A DNA stretch of 64,000 bases from the NCBI RefSeq assembly GCF_009914755.1, contig NC_060933.1, one strand, 5' to 3'. The translations under genes and the position numbers were made by a program. Positions 14,901 to 28,300 of the stretch are shown here, one piece after another. Position 1 is the first letter of the stretch, and every line of letters begins with the position of its first letter. The stretch is from the human T2T-CHM13v2.0 reference genome, Homo sapiens. Below the pieces are notes generated by a model. That model was not told the origin of the DNA. It saw only the letters and a list, made by a program, of their open reading frames with translations, and did no database searches.

Positions 14901-17900
14901 CCATTCCATTCCGGATGATTCCATTCCATTGCATTCCATTCCATTCCATTCCCCTGCACTCGGGTTGATTCCATTCCATTACACTCCATTCCGTTCCATT
15001 CCATTCCATTGCATTGTATTCGGGTTTATTCCATTCCATTCCATTCCATTCCATTCCATTCCATTACAATCGAGTTGATTCCATTCCATTCCATTCCATT
15101 CCAGTCCTTTCCATTCCATTCCACTCGGGTTGATTCCATTCTATTAGTTTCCATTCCATTCCATTCCCTTCCATTCCACTCTGGTTGATTCCATTCCTTT
15201 CCATTCCACTCGAATACATTCCCTCCTATTCCACTCGGAACGATTCCATTCCATTCCATTCCATTCCATTCCATTCCATTCCATTCCATTTCGTTCCATT
15301 CCATTCTATTCTTTATCATTCCATTCCATTCCGTTCCATTCCATTCCATTCCCCTGCAGTCGGGTTGTTTCCATTCCATTCCATTCCCTTCCATTCCATT
15401 CCATTCCATTCCATTCCGTTCCGTTCCATTCCATTCCATTCCATTCTATTCGGGTTAATTCCTTTCCATTCCATTCCATTCCATTCCATTCCATTCCAAT
15501 CGAGTTGATTCCATTCCATTCCATTCCATTCCATTCCACTCCATTCCAGTCCTTTCCATTCCATTCCACTCGGGTTGATTCCAATGTATTCCTTTCCATT
15601 CCATTCCATTCCATTACAATCGAGTTGATTCCATTGCTTTGCATTCCATTCCATTCCATTCCATTCCGGATGATTCCATTCCATTGCATTCCATTCCATT
15701 CCATTCCTCTCCATTCCATTGCACTCGGGTTGATTCCATTCCATTCCATTCCATTCCATTCCATTCCATTCCATTCCATTACATTCCATTCCATTCCGTT
15801 CCTTTGTACTCGGGTTGATTCCATTCCATTGCATTCCATTCCATTCCATTCCATTCCATTCCATTCCATTCCGTTCCATTCCCTTACATTCGGATTGATT
15901 CTATTCAACTCCCTTACTCTCCATTACATTCCATTCCATTCGGGTTGTTCCATTCCATTCCATTCCATTCCACTCCATTCCATTGCGCTCGGGTTGATTC
16001 CATTCCATTCCATTCCATTCCATTCCATTCCATTCCATTCCATTCCGGATGATTCCATTCCATTGCATTCCGTTCCATTACATTCCCCTGCACTCGGGTT
16101 GATTCCATTCCATTCCATTCCATTCCATTCGATTCCATTCCATTCCAATTCTTTCCATTCCATTCTATTCCGTACCATTCCATTCCATTCCATACAATTC
16201 CATTCCATTCCATTCCACACCGTTCCGTTCCGTTCCGTTCTGTTCCGTTCCATTCCATTCCATTCCATTCTATTCGGTTTAATTCCATTCCATTCCATTC
16301 CATTCCATTCCATTCTATTCCATTCCATTGCAATCGAGTTGAATCCATTGCATTCCATTCCATTCCATTCCATTCCATTCCGGAAGATTCCATTCCATTG
16401 CATTCCATTCCATTCCATTCCATTCCATTCCATTCCATTCCATTCCATTGTAGTCGGGTTGATTCCATTCCATTGCATTCCATTCCATTCCATTCCATTC
16501 CGTTCCATTCCATTCCATTACATTCGGATTGATTCTTTTCAACTCCCTTACTCTCCATTACATTACATTCCATTCGGGTTGTTCTATTCCATTCCATTCC
16601 ATTCCACTCCATTCCAATGCACTCGGGTTGATTCCATTCCATTACATTCCGGATGATTCCATTCCATTGCATTCCGTTCCATTACATTCCCCTGCACTCT
16701 TGTTGATTCCATTCCATTCCTTTCCATTCCATTCGATTCCATTCCATTCCCCTGCACTCGCGTTGATTCCATTCCATTCCATTCCATTCCATTCCATTCC
16801 ATTCCATTCCTTTCCGTTCCATTCCATTCCATTCCATTCCATTCCATTCCGTTCCGTTCCATTCCATTCGATTCCATTCTATTAGGGTTAATTCCATTCC
16901 ATTCCATTCCATTGCAATCGAGTTTATTCCATTCCATTCCATACCATTCGATTGCAATCGAGTTGATTCCATTCCATTCCATTACATTCCATTCCATTCC
17001 AGTCCTTTCCATTCCTTTCCATTCCATTACTGATGATTCCATTCTATTGCATTCCATTCCATTCCATTCCCCTGTACTCGGGTTGATTCCGTTCCATTCC
17101 ATTCCAATCCATGCCATTCCACTCGTGTTGATTCCACTCTTTCCTTTCCATTCAAGTTGAATCCATTCCATTGCATTCCCTTCCATTCGATTCCATTCGA
17201 TTGCACTCGGGTTGATTCCATTCCATTGCATTCCATTCCATTCCATTCCATTCCATTCCGTTCCATTCCATTTCATTACATTCAGATTGATTCTATTCAA
17301 TTCCCTTACACTCCAATATATTCCAATCCATTCTGGTTGTTTCCATTCCATTCCATTCCATTTCACTCCATTCCATTGCACTCGGGTTGATTCCATTCCA
17401 TTCCATTCCATTGCATTCCATTCCATTCCATTCCGGATGATTCCATTCCATTGCATTCCATTCCATTCCATTCGCCTGCACTCGGGTTGATTCCATTCCA
17501 TTCCATTCCATTACATTCCGTTCCATTCCATTCCATTCCATTCGGATTGATTCTATTCAATTCCCTTACGCTCCATTACATTCCATTCCATTCGAGTAGT
17601 TTCCATTCCATTCCATTCCATTCCTCTCCATTCCATTGCACTCGGGTTGATTCCATTCCATTCCATTCCATTCCATTCCATTCCATTACATTCCATTCCA
17701 TTCCGTTCCATTGTACTCGGGTTGATTCCATTCCATTGCATTCCATTCCATTCCATTCCATTCCATTCCATTCCATTCCATTCCATTCCGTTCCATTCCA
17801 TTACATTCGGATTGATTCTATTCAACTCCCTTACTCTCCATTACATTCCATTGCATTCGGGTTGTTCCATTCCATTCCATTCCATTCCACTCCATTCCAT

Positions 17901-20400
17901 TGCACTCGGGTTGATTCCATTCCATTCCATTCCATTCCATTCCATTCCATTCCATTCCGGATGATTCCATTCCATTGCATTCCTTTGCATTACATTCCCC
18001 TGCACTCGGGTTGATTCCATTCCATTCCATTCCATTCCATTCCATTCCATTCCAATTCTTTCCATTCAATTCTATTCCGTACCATGCCATTCCATTCCAT
18101 ACAATTCCATTCCATTCCATTCCACTCCGTTCCGTTCCACTCCGTTCCGTTCCGTTCCATTCCATTCCATTCCATTCTATTCGGGTTAATTCCATTCCAT
18201 TCCATTCGATTGCAATCGAGTTGATTCCATTCCATTCCATTCCATTCCATTCCATTCCATTCCATTCCTTTCCATTCCATTACGGATGATTCCATTCCAT
18301 TGCATTGCATTCCATTCCATTCCCCTGTACTCGGGTTGATTCCATTCCATTCCATTCCAATCCATGCCATTCCACTCGTGTTGATTCCACTCTTTCCTTT
18401 CCATTCAAGTTGAATCCATTCCATTGCATTCCCTTCCATTCGATTCCATTCGATTGCACTCGGGTTGATTCCATTCCATTGCATTCCATTCCATTCCATT
18501 CCATTCCATTCCATTCCATTCCGTTCCATTCCATTTCATTCGGATTGATTCTATTCAACTCCCTTACTCTCCATTACATTCCATTCCATTCAGGTTGTTC
18601 CATTCCATTCCATTCCATTCCACTCCATTCCATTGCACTCGGGTTGATTCCATTCCATTCCATTCCATTCCATTCCATTCCATTCCATTCCATTCCGGAA
18701 GATTCCATTCCATTGCATTCCATTCCATTCCATTCTCCTGCACTCGCGTTGATTCCATTCCATTCCATTCTATTCCATTCCATTCCCTTCCTTTTCGTTC
18801 CATTCCATTCCATTCCATTCCATTCCATTCCATTCTATTCGGGTTAATTCCTTTCCATTCCATTCCATTCCATTACAATCGAGTCGATTCCATTCCATTC
18901 CATTCCATTCCAGTCTTTTCCATTCCATTCCTCTCGGGTTGATTCCATTCTATTAGTTTCCATTCCATTCCATTCCCTTCCATTCCACTCTGGTTGATTC
19001 CATTCCTTTCCATTCCACTCGAATACATTCCCTCCTATTCCACTCGGAACGATTCCATTCCATTCCATTCCATTCCATTCCATTCCATTCCATTCCATTC
19101 CATTTCGTTCCATTCCATTCTATTCCGTATCATTCCATTCCATTCCATTCCATTTCATTCCATTCCCTTCCATTCCATTCCATTGTACTCGGGTTGTTTC
19201 AATTCCATTGCATTCCATTCCATTCCATTCCATTCCATTCCGTTGCATTCCATTCCATTACATTCGGATTGATTCTATTCAACTCCCTTACTCTCCATTC
19301 CATTCCATTCCATTCGGGTTGTTCCATTCCATTCCATTCCATTCCACTCCATTCCATTGCACTCGGGTTGATTCCATACCATTCCATTCCATTCCATTCC
19401 ATTCCGGATGATTCCATTCCATTGCATTCCGTTCCATTACATTCCCCTGCACTCGGGTTGATTCCATTCCATTCCATTCCATTCCATTCGATTCCATTCC
19501 ATTCCCCTGCACTCGCGTTGATTCCATTCCATTCCATTCCATTCCATTCCATTCCATTCCATTCCATTCCATTCCATTCCATTCCTTTCCATTCCAGTAC
19601 TTTCCATTCCATTCCACTCGGGTTTATTCCATTCTATTAGTTTCCATTCCATTCCATTCGCTTCCATTCCACTCTGGTTGATTCCATTGCTTTCCATTCC
19701 ATTCGAATACATTCCCTCCTATTCCACTCGGAACGATTCCATTCCATTGCATTCCATTCCATTCCATTCCATTTCGTTCCATTCCATTCTATTCCGTATC
19801 ATTCCATTCCATTCCATTACATTCCATTCCATTCCATTCCATTCCACTCGTGTTGATTCCATTCCTTTCCATTCCATTCGGTTTAAAGGCATTCCATTCC
19901 ATTCCATTCAATTCCATTCCATTCCATTCCATTCCATTCCATTGTACTCGGGTTGATTCCATTCCATTGCATTCCATTCCATTCCATTCCATTCCATTCC
20001 GATGCACTCCATTCCATCACATTCGGATTGATTCTATTCAACTCCTTTACTCTCCATTACATTCCATTCCATTCGGGTTGTTGCATTCCATTCCATTCCA
20101 TTCCACTCCATTCTATTGCACTCGGGTTGATTCCATTCCATTCCATTCCTTTCCATTCCATTCCATTCCATTCCGGATGATTCCATTCCATTGCATTCCG
20201 TTCCATTACATTCCCATGCACTCGCGTTGATTCCATTCCATTCCATTCCATTCCATTCAATTCCATTCCATTACAATTCGTTCCGTTCCATTCTATTCCG
20301 TACCATTCCATTCCATTCCATACCCTTCCACTGCATTCCATTCCATTCCATTCCTTTCCATTCCGTTCCATTGCATTCCATTCCATTCTATTCGGGTTAA
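5900..20400 (+). repeat. Diverged tandem duplication, about 7.1-7.3 kb period (best supported 7330-10860 vs 14530-18150)
   Basis: Collinear private variants: tcctttgca about 7371/14570, gttcctttgtactc 8588/15798, cattgcgctc 8771/15981, ctgttccg about 9030/16240, ttactgatga 9757/17027, cattcagattg about 10005/17280, ttcgcctgc 10196/17471, ttacgctcc 10291/17566, taccatgcc about 10795/18080. Outer limits are approximate. Confidence 0.75.
11750..12570 (+). repeat. Local tandem duplication, 405 bp period
   Basis: ccggatgattcc at 11751/12156, ctattcggattaattgcatt at 11911/12316, cctttgcatttcatt at 11981/12386. Confidence 0.85.
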
Positions 20401-23400
20401 TTCCATTCCATTCCATTCCATTCTATTCCATTCCATTTCAATCGAGTTGAATCCATTGCATTTCATTCCATTCCATTCCATTCCATTCCATTCCGGAAGA
20501 TTCCATTCCATTGTATTCCATTCCATTCCATTCCCCTGCACTCGCGTTGATTCCATTCCATTCCATTCCATTCCATTCCATTCCGTTCCGTTCCGTTCCG
20601 TTCCATTCCATTCCATTCCATTCCATTCCATTCCATTCCGTTCCGTTCCATTCCATTCCATTCCATTCCATTCTATTCGGGTTAATTCCATTCCATTCCA
20701 TTCGATTGCAATCGAGTTGATTCCATTCCATTCCATTCCATTCCATTCCATTCCATTCCATTCCTTTCCATTCCATTACGGATGATTCCATTCCATTGCA
20801 TTCCATTCCATTCCATTCCCCTGTACTCCGGTTGATTCCATTCCATTCCATTCCAATCCATGCCATTCCACTCGTGTTGATTCCATTCTTTCCATTCCAT
20901 TGAAGTTGAATCCACTCCATTGCATTCCATTCCATTCGATTCCATTCGATTGCACTCGGGTTGATTCCATTCCATTCCATTCCATTCCATTCCATTCCAT
21001 TCCATTCCGTTCCGATCCATTCCATTCCATTCCATTCCCCTGCACTCGGGTTGATTCCATTCCATTCCACTCCATTCCATTCCATTCCATTCCATTCCAT
21101 TGTATTCGGGTTAATTCCATTCCATTCCATTCCATTCCATTCCATTACATTACATTCGAGTTGATTCCATTCCATTCCATTCCATTCCATTCCAGTCCTT
21201 TCCATTCCATTCCACTCGGGTTGATTCCATTCTATTAGTTTCCATTCCATTCCGTTCCCTTCCATTCCACTCTGGTTGATTCCATTCCTTTCCATTCCAC
21301 TCGAATACATTCCCTCCTATTCCACTCGGAACGATTCCATTCCATTCCATTCCATTACATTCCATTCCATTCCATTACATTCCATTTCGTTCCATTACAT
21401 TCTATTCCTTATCATTCCATTCCATTCCATTCCATTCCATTCCATTCCACTCGTGTTGATTCCATTCCTTTCCATTCCATTCGGTTTGAAGACATTCCAT
21501 TCCATTCCATTCCATTCCATTCCATTCCATTCCATTCCATTCCATTGTACTCGGGTTGATTCCATTCCATTGCATTCCATTCCATTCCATTCCGGATGAT
21601 TCCATTCCATTGCATTCCATTCCATTCCATTCACCTGCACTCGGGTTGATTCCATTCCATTCCATTCCATTACATTCCGTTCCATTCCATTCCATTCCAT
21701 TCGGCTTGATTCTATTCAATTCCCTTACACTCCATTACATTCCATTCCATTCGGGTAGTTTCCATTCCATTCCATTCCATTCCTCTCCATTCCATTGCAC
21801 TCGGGTTGATTCCTTTCCATTCCATTCCATTCCATTCCATTCCATTCCATTCCATTCCATTCCGTTCCATTCCATTCCATTACATTCGGATTGATTCTTT
21901 TCAACTCCCTTACTCTCCATTACATTCCATTCCATTCGGGTTGTTCCATTCCATTCCATTCCATTCCACTCCATTCCATTGCCCTCGGGTTGATTCCATT
22001 CCATTCCATTCCATTCCATTCCGGATGATTCCTTTCCATTGCATTCCGTTCCATTACATTCCCCTGCACTCGGGTTGATTCCATTCCATTCCATTCCATT
22101 CGATTCCATTCCATTCTCCTGCACTCGCGTTGATTCCATTCCATTCCATTCCATTCCATTCCATTCCATTCCATTCCTTTCCATTCCAGTCCTTTCCATT
22201 CCATTCCACTAGGGTTGATTCCATTCTATTAGTTTCCATTCCATTCCATTCCCTTCCATTCCACTCTGGTTGATTCCATTCCTTTCCATTCCACTCGAAT
22301 ACACTCCCTCCTATTCCACTCGGAACGATTCCATTCCATTCCATTCCATTCCAGTCCATTCCATTCCATTCCATTTCGTTCCATTCCATCCTATTCCGTA
22401 TCATTCCATTCCATTCCATTCCATTCCATTCCATTCCATTCCATTCCATTCCACTCGTGTTGATTCCATTCCTTTCCATTCCATTCGGTTTGAAGGCATT
22501 CCATTCCATTCCATTCCATTCCATTCTATTCCATTGTACTCGGGTTGATTCCATTCCATTGCATTCCATTCCATTCCATTCCATTCCATTCCGTTGCATT
22601 CCATTCCATTACATTCGGACTGATTCTATTCAACTCTTTTACTCTCCATTCCATTCCATTCCATTCGGGTTGTTCCATTCCATTCCATTCCATTCCACTC
22701 CATTCCATTGCACTCGTGTTGATTCCATTCCATTCCATTCCGTACCATTCCATTCCATTCCATTCCATTCCATTCCGTTCCATTCCGTTCCATTCCATTC
22801 CATTCCATTCTATTCGGGTTAATTCCATTCCATTCCATTCCATTCCATTCCATTCCATTCCATTCCATTCCATTCCATTGCATTCGAGTTGATTCCATTC
22901 CATTCCATTCCATTCCGTTCCGGATGATTCCATTCCATTGCATTCCGTTCCATTACATTCCCCTGCACTCGGGTTGATACCATTCCATTCCATTCCATTC
23001 CATTCCATTCCGGATGATTCCATTCCATTGCATTCCATTCCATTCCATTCCCCTGCACTCGGGTTGCTTCCATTCCATTCCATTCCATTCCATTCCATTC
23101 CATTCCATTCTATTCCATTCCATTCCGTTCCATTCCATTCCATTCCATTCCATTCTATTCTGGTTAATTCCATTCCATTCCTTTCATTTCCATTCCATTC
23201 CATTCCATTCCATTGCAATCGAGTTGATTCCATTCCATTCCATTCCATTCCGTTCCGGATGATTCCATTCCATTCCATTCCATTCCATTCCATTCCCCTG
23301 CAGTTGGGTTGATTCCATTCCATTCCATTCCATTCCATTCCATTCCATTCCATTCCGTTCCGTTCCATTCCATTCCATTCTATTCGGGTTAATTCCATTC

Positions 23401-25134
23401 CATTCCATTCCATTCCATTCCATTCCATTCCATTCCATTCCAATCGAGTTGATTCCATTCCATTCCATTCCATTCCATTCCACTCCATTCCAGTCCTTTC
23501 CATGCCATTACACTCGGGTTGATTCCATTCTATTCCTTTCCATTCCATTCCATTCCATTGCAATCGAGTTGATTCCATTGCTTTGCATTCCATTCCATTC
23601 CATTCCATTCCGGATGATTCCATTCCATTGCATTCCTTTCCATTCCATTCCCTTGCACTCGGGTTGGTTCCATTCCATTCCACTCCATTCCGTTCCATTC
23701 CATTTCATTCCATTCCATTGTATTCGGGTTAATTCCATTCCATTCCATTCCATTCCATTCCATTCCATTCCATTCCATTCCATTCCAATCGAGTTGATTC
23801 CATTCCATTCCATTCCATTCCATTCCATTCCATTCCATTCCAGTGCTTTCCATTCCATTCCACTCGGGTTAATTCCATTCTATTCATTTCCATTCCATTC
23901 CATTCCATTGCAATCGAGTTGATTCCATTGTTTTGCATTCCATTCCATTCCATTCCATTCCGGATGATTCCATTCCATTGCATTCCGTTAAATTACATTC
24001 CCCTGCATTCGGGTTGATACCATTCCGTTCCATTCCATTCCATTCCATTCCGGATGATTCCATTTCATTGCATTCCATTGCATTCCATTCCCCTGTACTA
24101 GGGTTGATCCCATTCCATTGCATTCCATTCCATTCCATTCCATTCCATTCCATTCTGTTCCGTTCCGTTCCATTCCCTTCCATTCTGTTCAGGTTAATTC
24201 CATTCCATTCCATTCCCTTCCATTCCATTCCATTCCATTCCATTCCATTCCATGCCATTCCACTCGGGTTGATTCCATTCCTTTCCATTCCATTCGAGTT
24301 GAACCCATTCCATACCATTCCATTCCATTCCATTCCATTCCATTCCATTCCACTCGGGTTGATTCCATTCCTTTCCATTCCATTCAGGTTGAAACCATTC
24401 CATTCCATTCCATTCCTTTCGATTCCATTCCATTTCACTCGGGTTGATCCCATTCCATTGCATTCCATTCCATTCCATTGCATTCCATTCCGGTCCATTC
24501 CATTCCATTACATTCGTATTGATTCTATTCAATTCCCTTACTCTCCATTACATTCCATTCCATTCGGGTTGTTTCCATTCCATTCCATTCCATTCCACTC
24601 CATTCCGTTGCAATCGGGTTGATTCCATTCCATTCCATTGCATTCCATTCCATTCCATTCCATTCCGTATGATTCCATTCCATTGCATTCCATTCCATTC
24701 CATTCCCCTGCACTCGGGTGGATTCCACTGTATTCCATTCCATTCCATTCCATTCCACTCCATTCCATTCCATTCTATTCGGGTTAATTTCATTCCATTC
24801 CATTCCATTCCCTTCCATTGCATTCCATTCCATTCCATTCCATTCCATTGAAATCGAGTTGATTCCATTCCATTCCATTCCATTCCATTCCATTCCATTC
24901 CATTCCATTCCATTCTATTCGGGTTAATTCCATTCCATTCCATTCCATTCCATTCCATTCCATTCCCTTCCATTCCATTCTATTCCATTCCATTCCATTC
25001 CATTCCATTCTAGTAGGGTTAATTCCATTCCATTCCATTCCATTCCATTCCATTCAATTCCATTGAACTCGGGTTGATTCCATTCCATTCCATGCCATTC
25101 CATTCCATTCCATTCCATTCCATTCCATTCCATT

Positions 25135-25385
25135 CCTTTCCGTTCTATTCAATTACATTCGAATTGATTCTATTCAATTCCCTTACACTCCAATACATTC
25201 TATTCCATTCGTGTTGTTTCCATTCTATTCCATTCCATTCCATTCCATTCCATTCCATTCCTTTCCGTTCTATTCAATTACATTCGCATTGATTCTATTC
25301 AATTCCCTTACACTCCAATACATTCTATTCCATTCGTGTTGTTTCCATTCTATTCCATTCCATTCCACTCCATTCCATTGCACTC
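25135..25385 (+). repeat. Local tandem duplication, 125 bp period
   Basis: cctttccgttctattcaattacattcg...cactccaatacattctattccattcgtgttgtttccattctattcc occurs at about 25135 and 25260. Confidence 0.85.
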
Positions 25386-28300
25386 TGGTTGATTCCATTC
25401 CATTCCCTTCCATTCCGTATGACTCCATTCCATCTCATTCCATTGATTTGCTTTCCCCTGCACTCGAGTTGATTACATTCCATTCCATTCCCTTCCTTTC
25501 CGTTCCATTCCATTCTATTCGGGTTAATTCCATTCCATTCCATTACATTCCATTCCCTTCCATTCCATTCCATTCCATTCCATTCCATTCCATTCCATTC
25601 CATTCTATTCGGGTTAATTCCATTCCATTCCATTCCATTCCATTCCATTCCATTCCATTCCATTCCATTGCAATCGAGTTGATTCCATTCCATTCCATTC
25701 CATTCCATTCCATTCCATTCCGTTCCATTCCATTCCATTACATTCGGATTGATTCTTTTTAATTCCCTTACACTCCATTCCATTCCATTCCATTCGGGTA
25801 CTTTCCATTCCATTCCATTCCATTCCACTGCATTCTATTGCACTCGGGTTCATTGATTCCATTCCATTGCATTCCATTCCATTCCATTCCCCTGCACTCG
25901 GGTTGATCCCATTGCATTGCATTCCATTCCATTCCATTCCATTCCATTCCATTCCATTCCATTCCGTTCCATTCCATTCCATTCCATTCTGTTCAGGTTA
26001 ATTCCATTCCATTCCAGTCCCTTCCATTCCGTTCCATTCCATTCCATTCCATTCTGTTCATGTTAATTCCATTCCATTCCATTCCCTTCCATTCCATTCC
26101 ATTCCATTCCATCCCATTGCAATCTAGTTGATTCCATTGCATTCCATTCCATTCCATTCCATTCCATTGCATTCCATTCCATTCCATTCACCTGCACTCA
26201 GATTGATTCCATTCCATCCCATTCCATTCCATTCCGTTCCATTACATTCCATTCCATTCTATTCGCGTTAATTCCATTCCATTCCATTCCATTACATTCC
26301 ATTGCAATCGAGTTGATTCCATTCCATTCCGTTCCATTCCATTCCATTCCATTCCATTTCGTTCCATTCCATTTTATTCTGTACCATTCCATTCCATTCC
26401 ATTCCATTCCATTCCATTCCATGCCATTCCACTCGGGTTGATTCCATTGCTTTCCATTCCATTTGGGTTGAATCCAATCCATTCCATTCCATTCCATTCC
26501 ATTCCATTCCATTCCATTGCACTAGGTTTGATTCCATTCCACGGCATTCCATTCCATTCCATTCCGTTCCCTTCCATTCCATTACATTCGGATTGATTGT
26601 ATTCAATTCCCTTACACTCCATTACATTCCATTCCATTCGGGTTGTTTCCATTCCATTTCATTCCATTCCACTCCATTCCATTGCACTCAGGTTGATTCC
26701 ATTCCATTCCATTCCATTTCGTTCCATTCCATTCTATTCCGTACCATTCCATTCCATTCCATTCCATTCCATTCCATGCCATTCCACTCAGGTTTATTAC
26801 ATTCCTTTCCATTCCATTCGGGTTGAATCCATTCCATTCCATTCCCTTCCATTCCATTCCATTCCATTCCTTTGCACTCGGGTTGATTCCATTCCATTCC
26901 CTGCCATTCCATTTCATTCCATTCCATTCCATTCCATTCCATTCCATTCCATTCCGTTCCGTTCCATTCCATTCCATTCCATTCGGATTGATTGTATTCA
27001 ATTCCCTTAAACTCCATTACATTCCATTCCATTCGGGTTGTTTCCGTTCCATTACATTCCATTCCACTCCATTCCATTGCACTCAGGTTGATTCCATTCC
27101 ATTCCATTCCATTCCATTCCATTCCATTCCATTCCATTTTGTTCCATTCCATTCTATTCCGTACCATTCCATTCCATTCCATTCCATTCCATTCCATGCC
27201 ATTCCACTCGGGTTGATTCCATTCCTTTCCATTCCATTCGGGTTGAATCCGTTCCATTCCATTCCATTGCATTCCGTTCCATTCCATTCCCCTGCAATCG
27301 GGTGGATTCCATTCTATTCCATTCCATTCCATTCATTCCATTCCATTCCATTCCATTTCGTTCCATTCCATTCTATTCCGTAGCTTTCCATTCCATTCCA
27401 TTCCATTCCATTCCATGCCATGCCATTCCACTCGGGTTGATTCCATTCCTTTCCATTCCATTCTAGTTGAATCCATTCCATTGCATTCCATTCCATTCGA
27501 TTCCATTCAATGGCACACGGGTTCATTCCATTCCATTCCATTCCATTCCATTCCATTCCGTTCCATTCCATTCCATTTCGTTCCATTCCATTCTATTCCG
27601 TACCATTCCCTTCAATTCCATTCCATTCCACTCCGTTCCATGCCATTCCACTCGGGTTTATTCCACTCCTTTCCATTCCATTCGGGTTGAATCCATTCCA
27701 TTCCATTCCATTCCATTCCATTCCATTCCATTCCATTCCATGCCATTCCACTCGGGTTGATTCCATTCCTTTCCATTCCATTCGAGTTGAACCCATTCCA
27801 TTCCATTCCATTCCATTCCATTCCATTCCATTGCTCACGGGTTCATTCCATTCCATTCCATTCCATTCCATTTCGTTCCATTCCATTCTACTCCGTACCA
27901 TTCCATTCCATTCCATTCCCTTCCATGCCATTTCACTCGGGATTATTCCTTTTCTTTCCATTCCATTCGGGTTGAATCCATTCCATTCCATTCCATTGCA
28001 TTCCATTCCATTCCATTCCCCTGTAATCGGGTGGATTCCATTCTATTCCATTCCATTCCATTCCATTCCATTCCATTCCATTCCATTTCGTTCCATTCCA
28101 TTCTATTCCGTACCTTTCCATTCCATTCCATTCCATTCCATTCCATGCCATTCCACTCGGGTTGATTCCATTGCTTTCCATTCCATTTGGGTTGAATCTA
28201 ATCCATTCCATTCCATTCCATTCCATTCCATTCCATTGCACTAGGTTTGATTCCATTTCACTGCATTCCATTCCATTCCATTCCATTAAATTCCATTCCA

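Larger units (their letters stand above)
67..20505. promoter_or_regulatory. Cluster of 12 perfect three-box heat-shock element motifs (TTCcgGAAgaTTC) in the left outer domain
   Basis: First TTC at 68, 971, 2749, 3577, 9178, 12019, 12434, 13282, 14155 (TTCtgGAA), 16378, 18693 and 20491. These match the canonical HSF1 element of three alternating nGAAn units. Binding itself cannot be shown from sequence. Confidence 0.6.
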
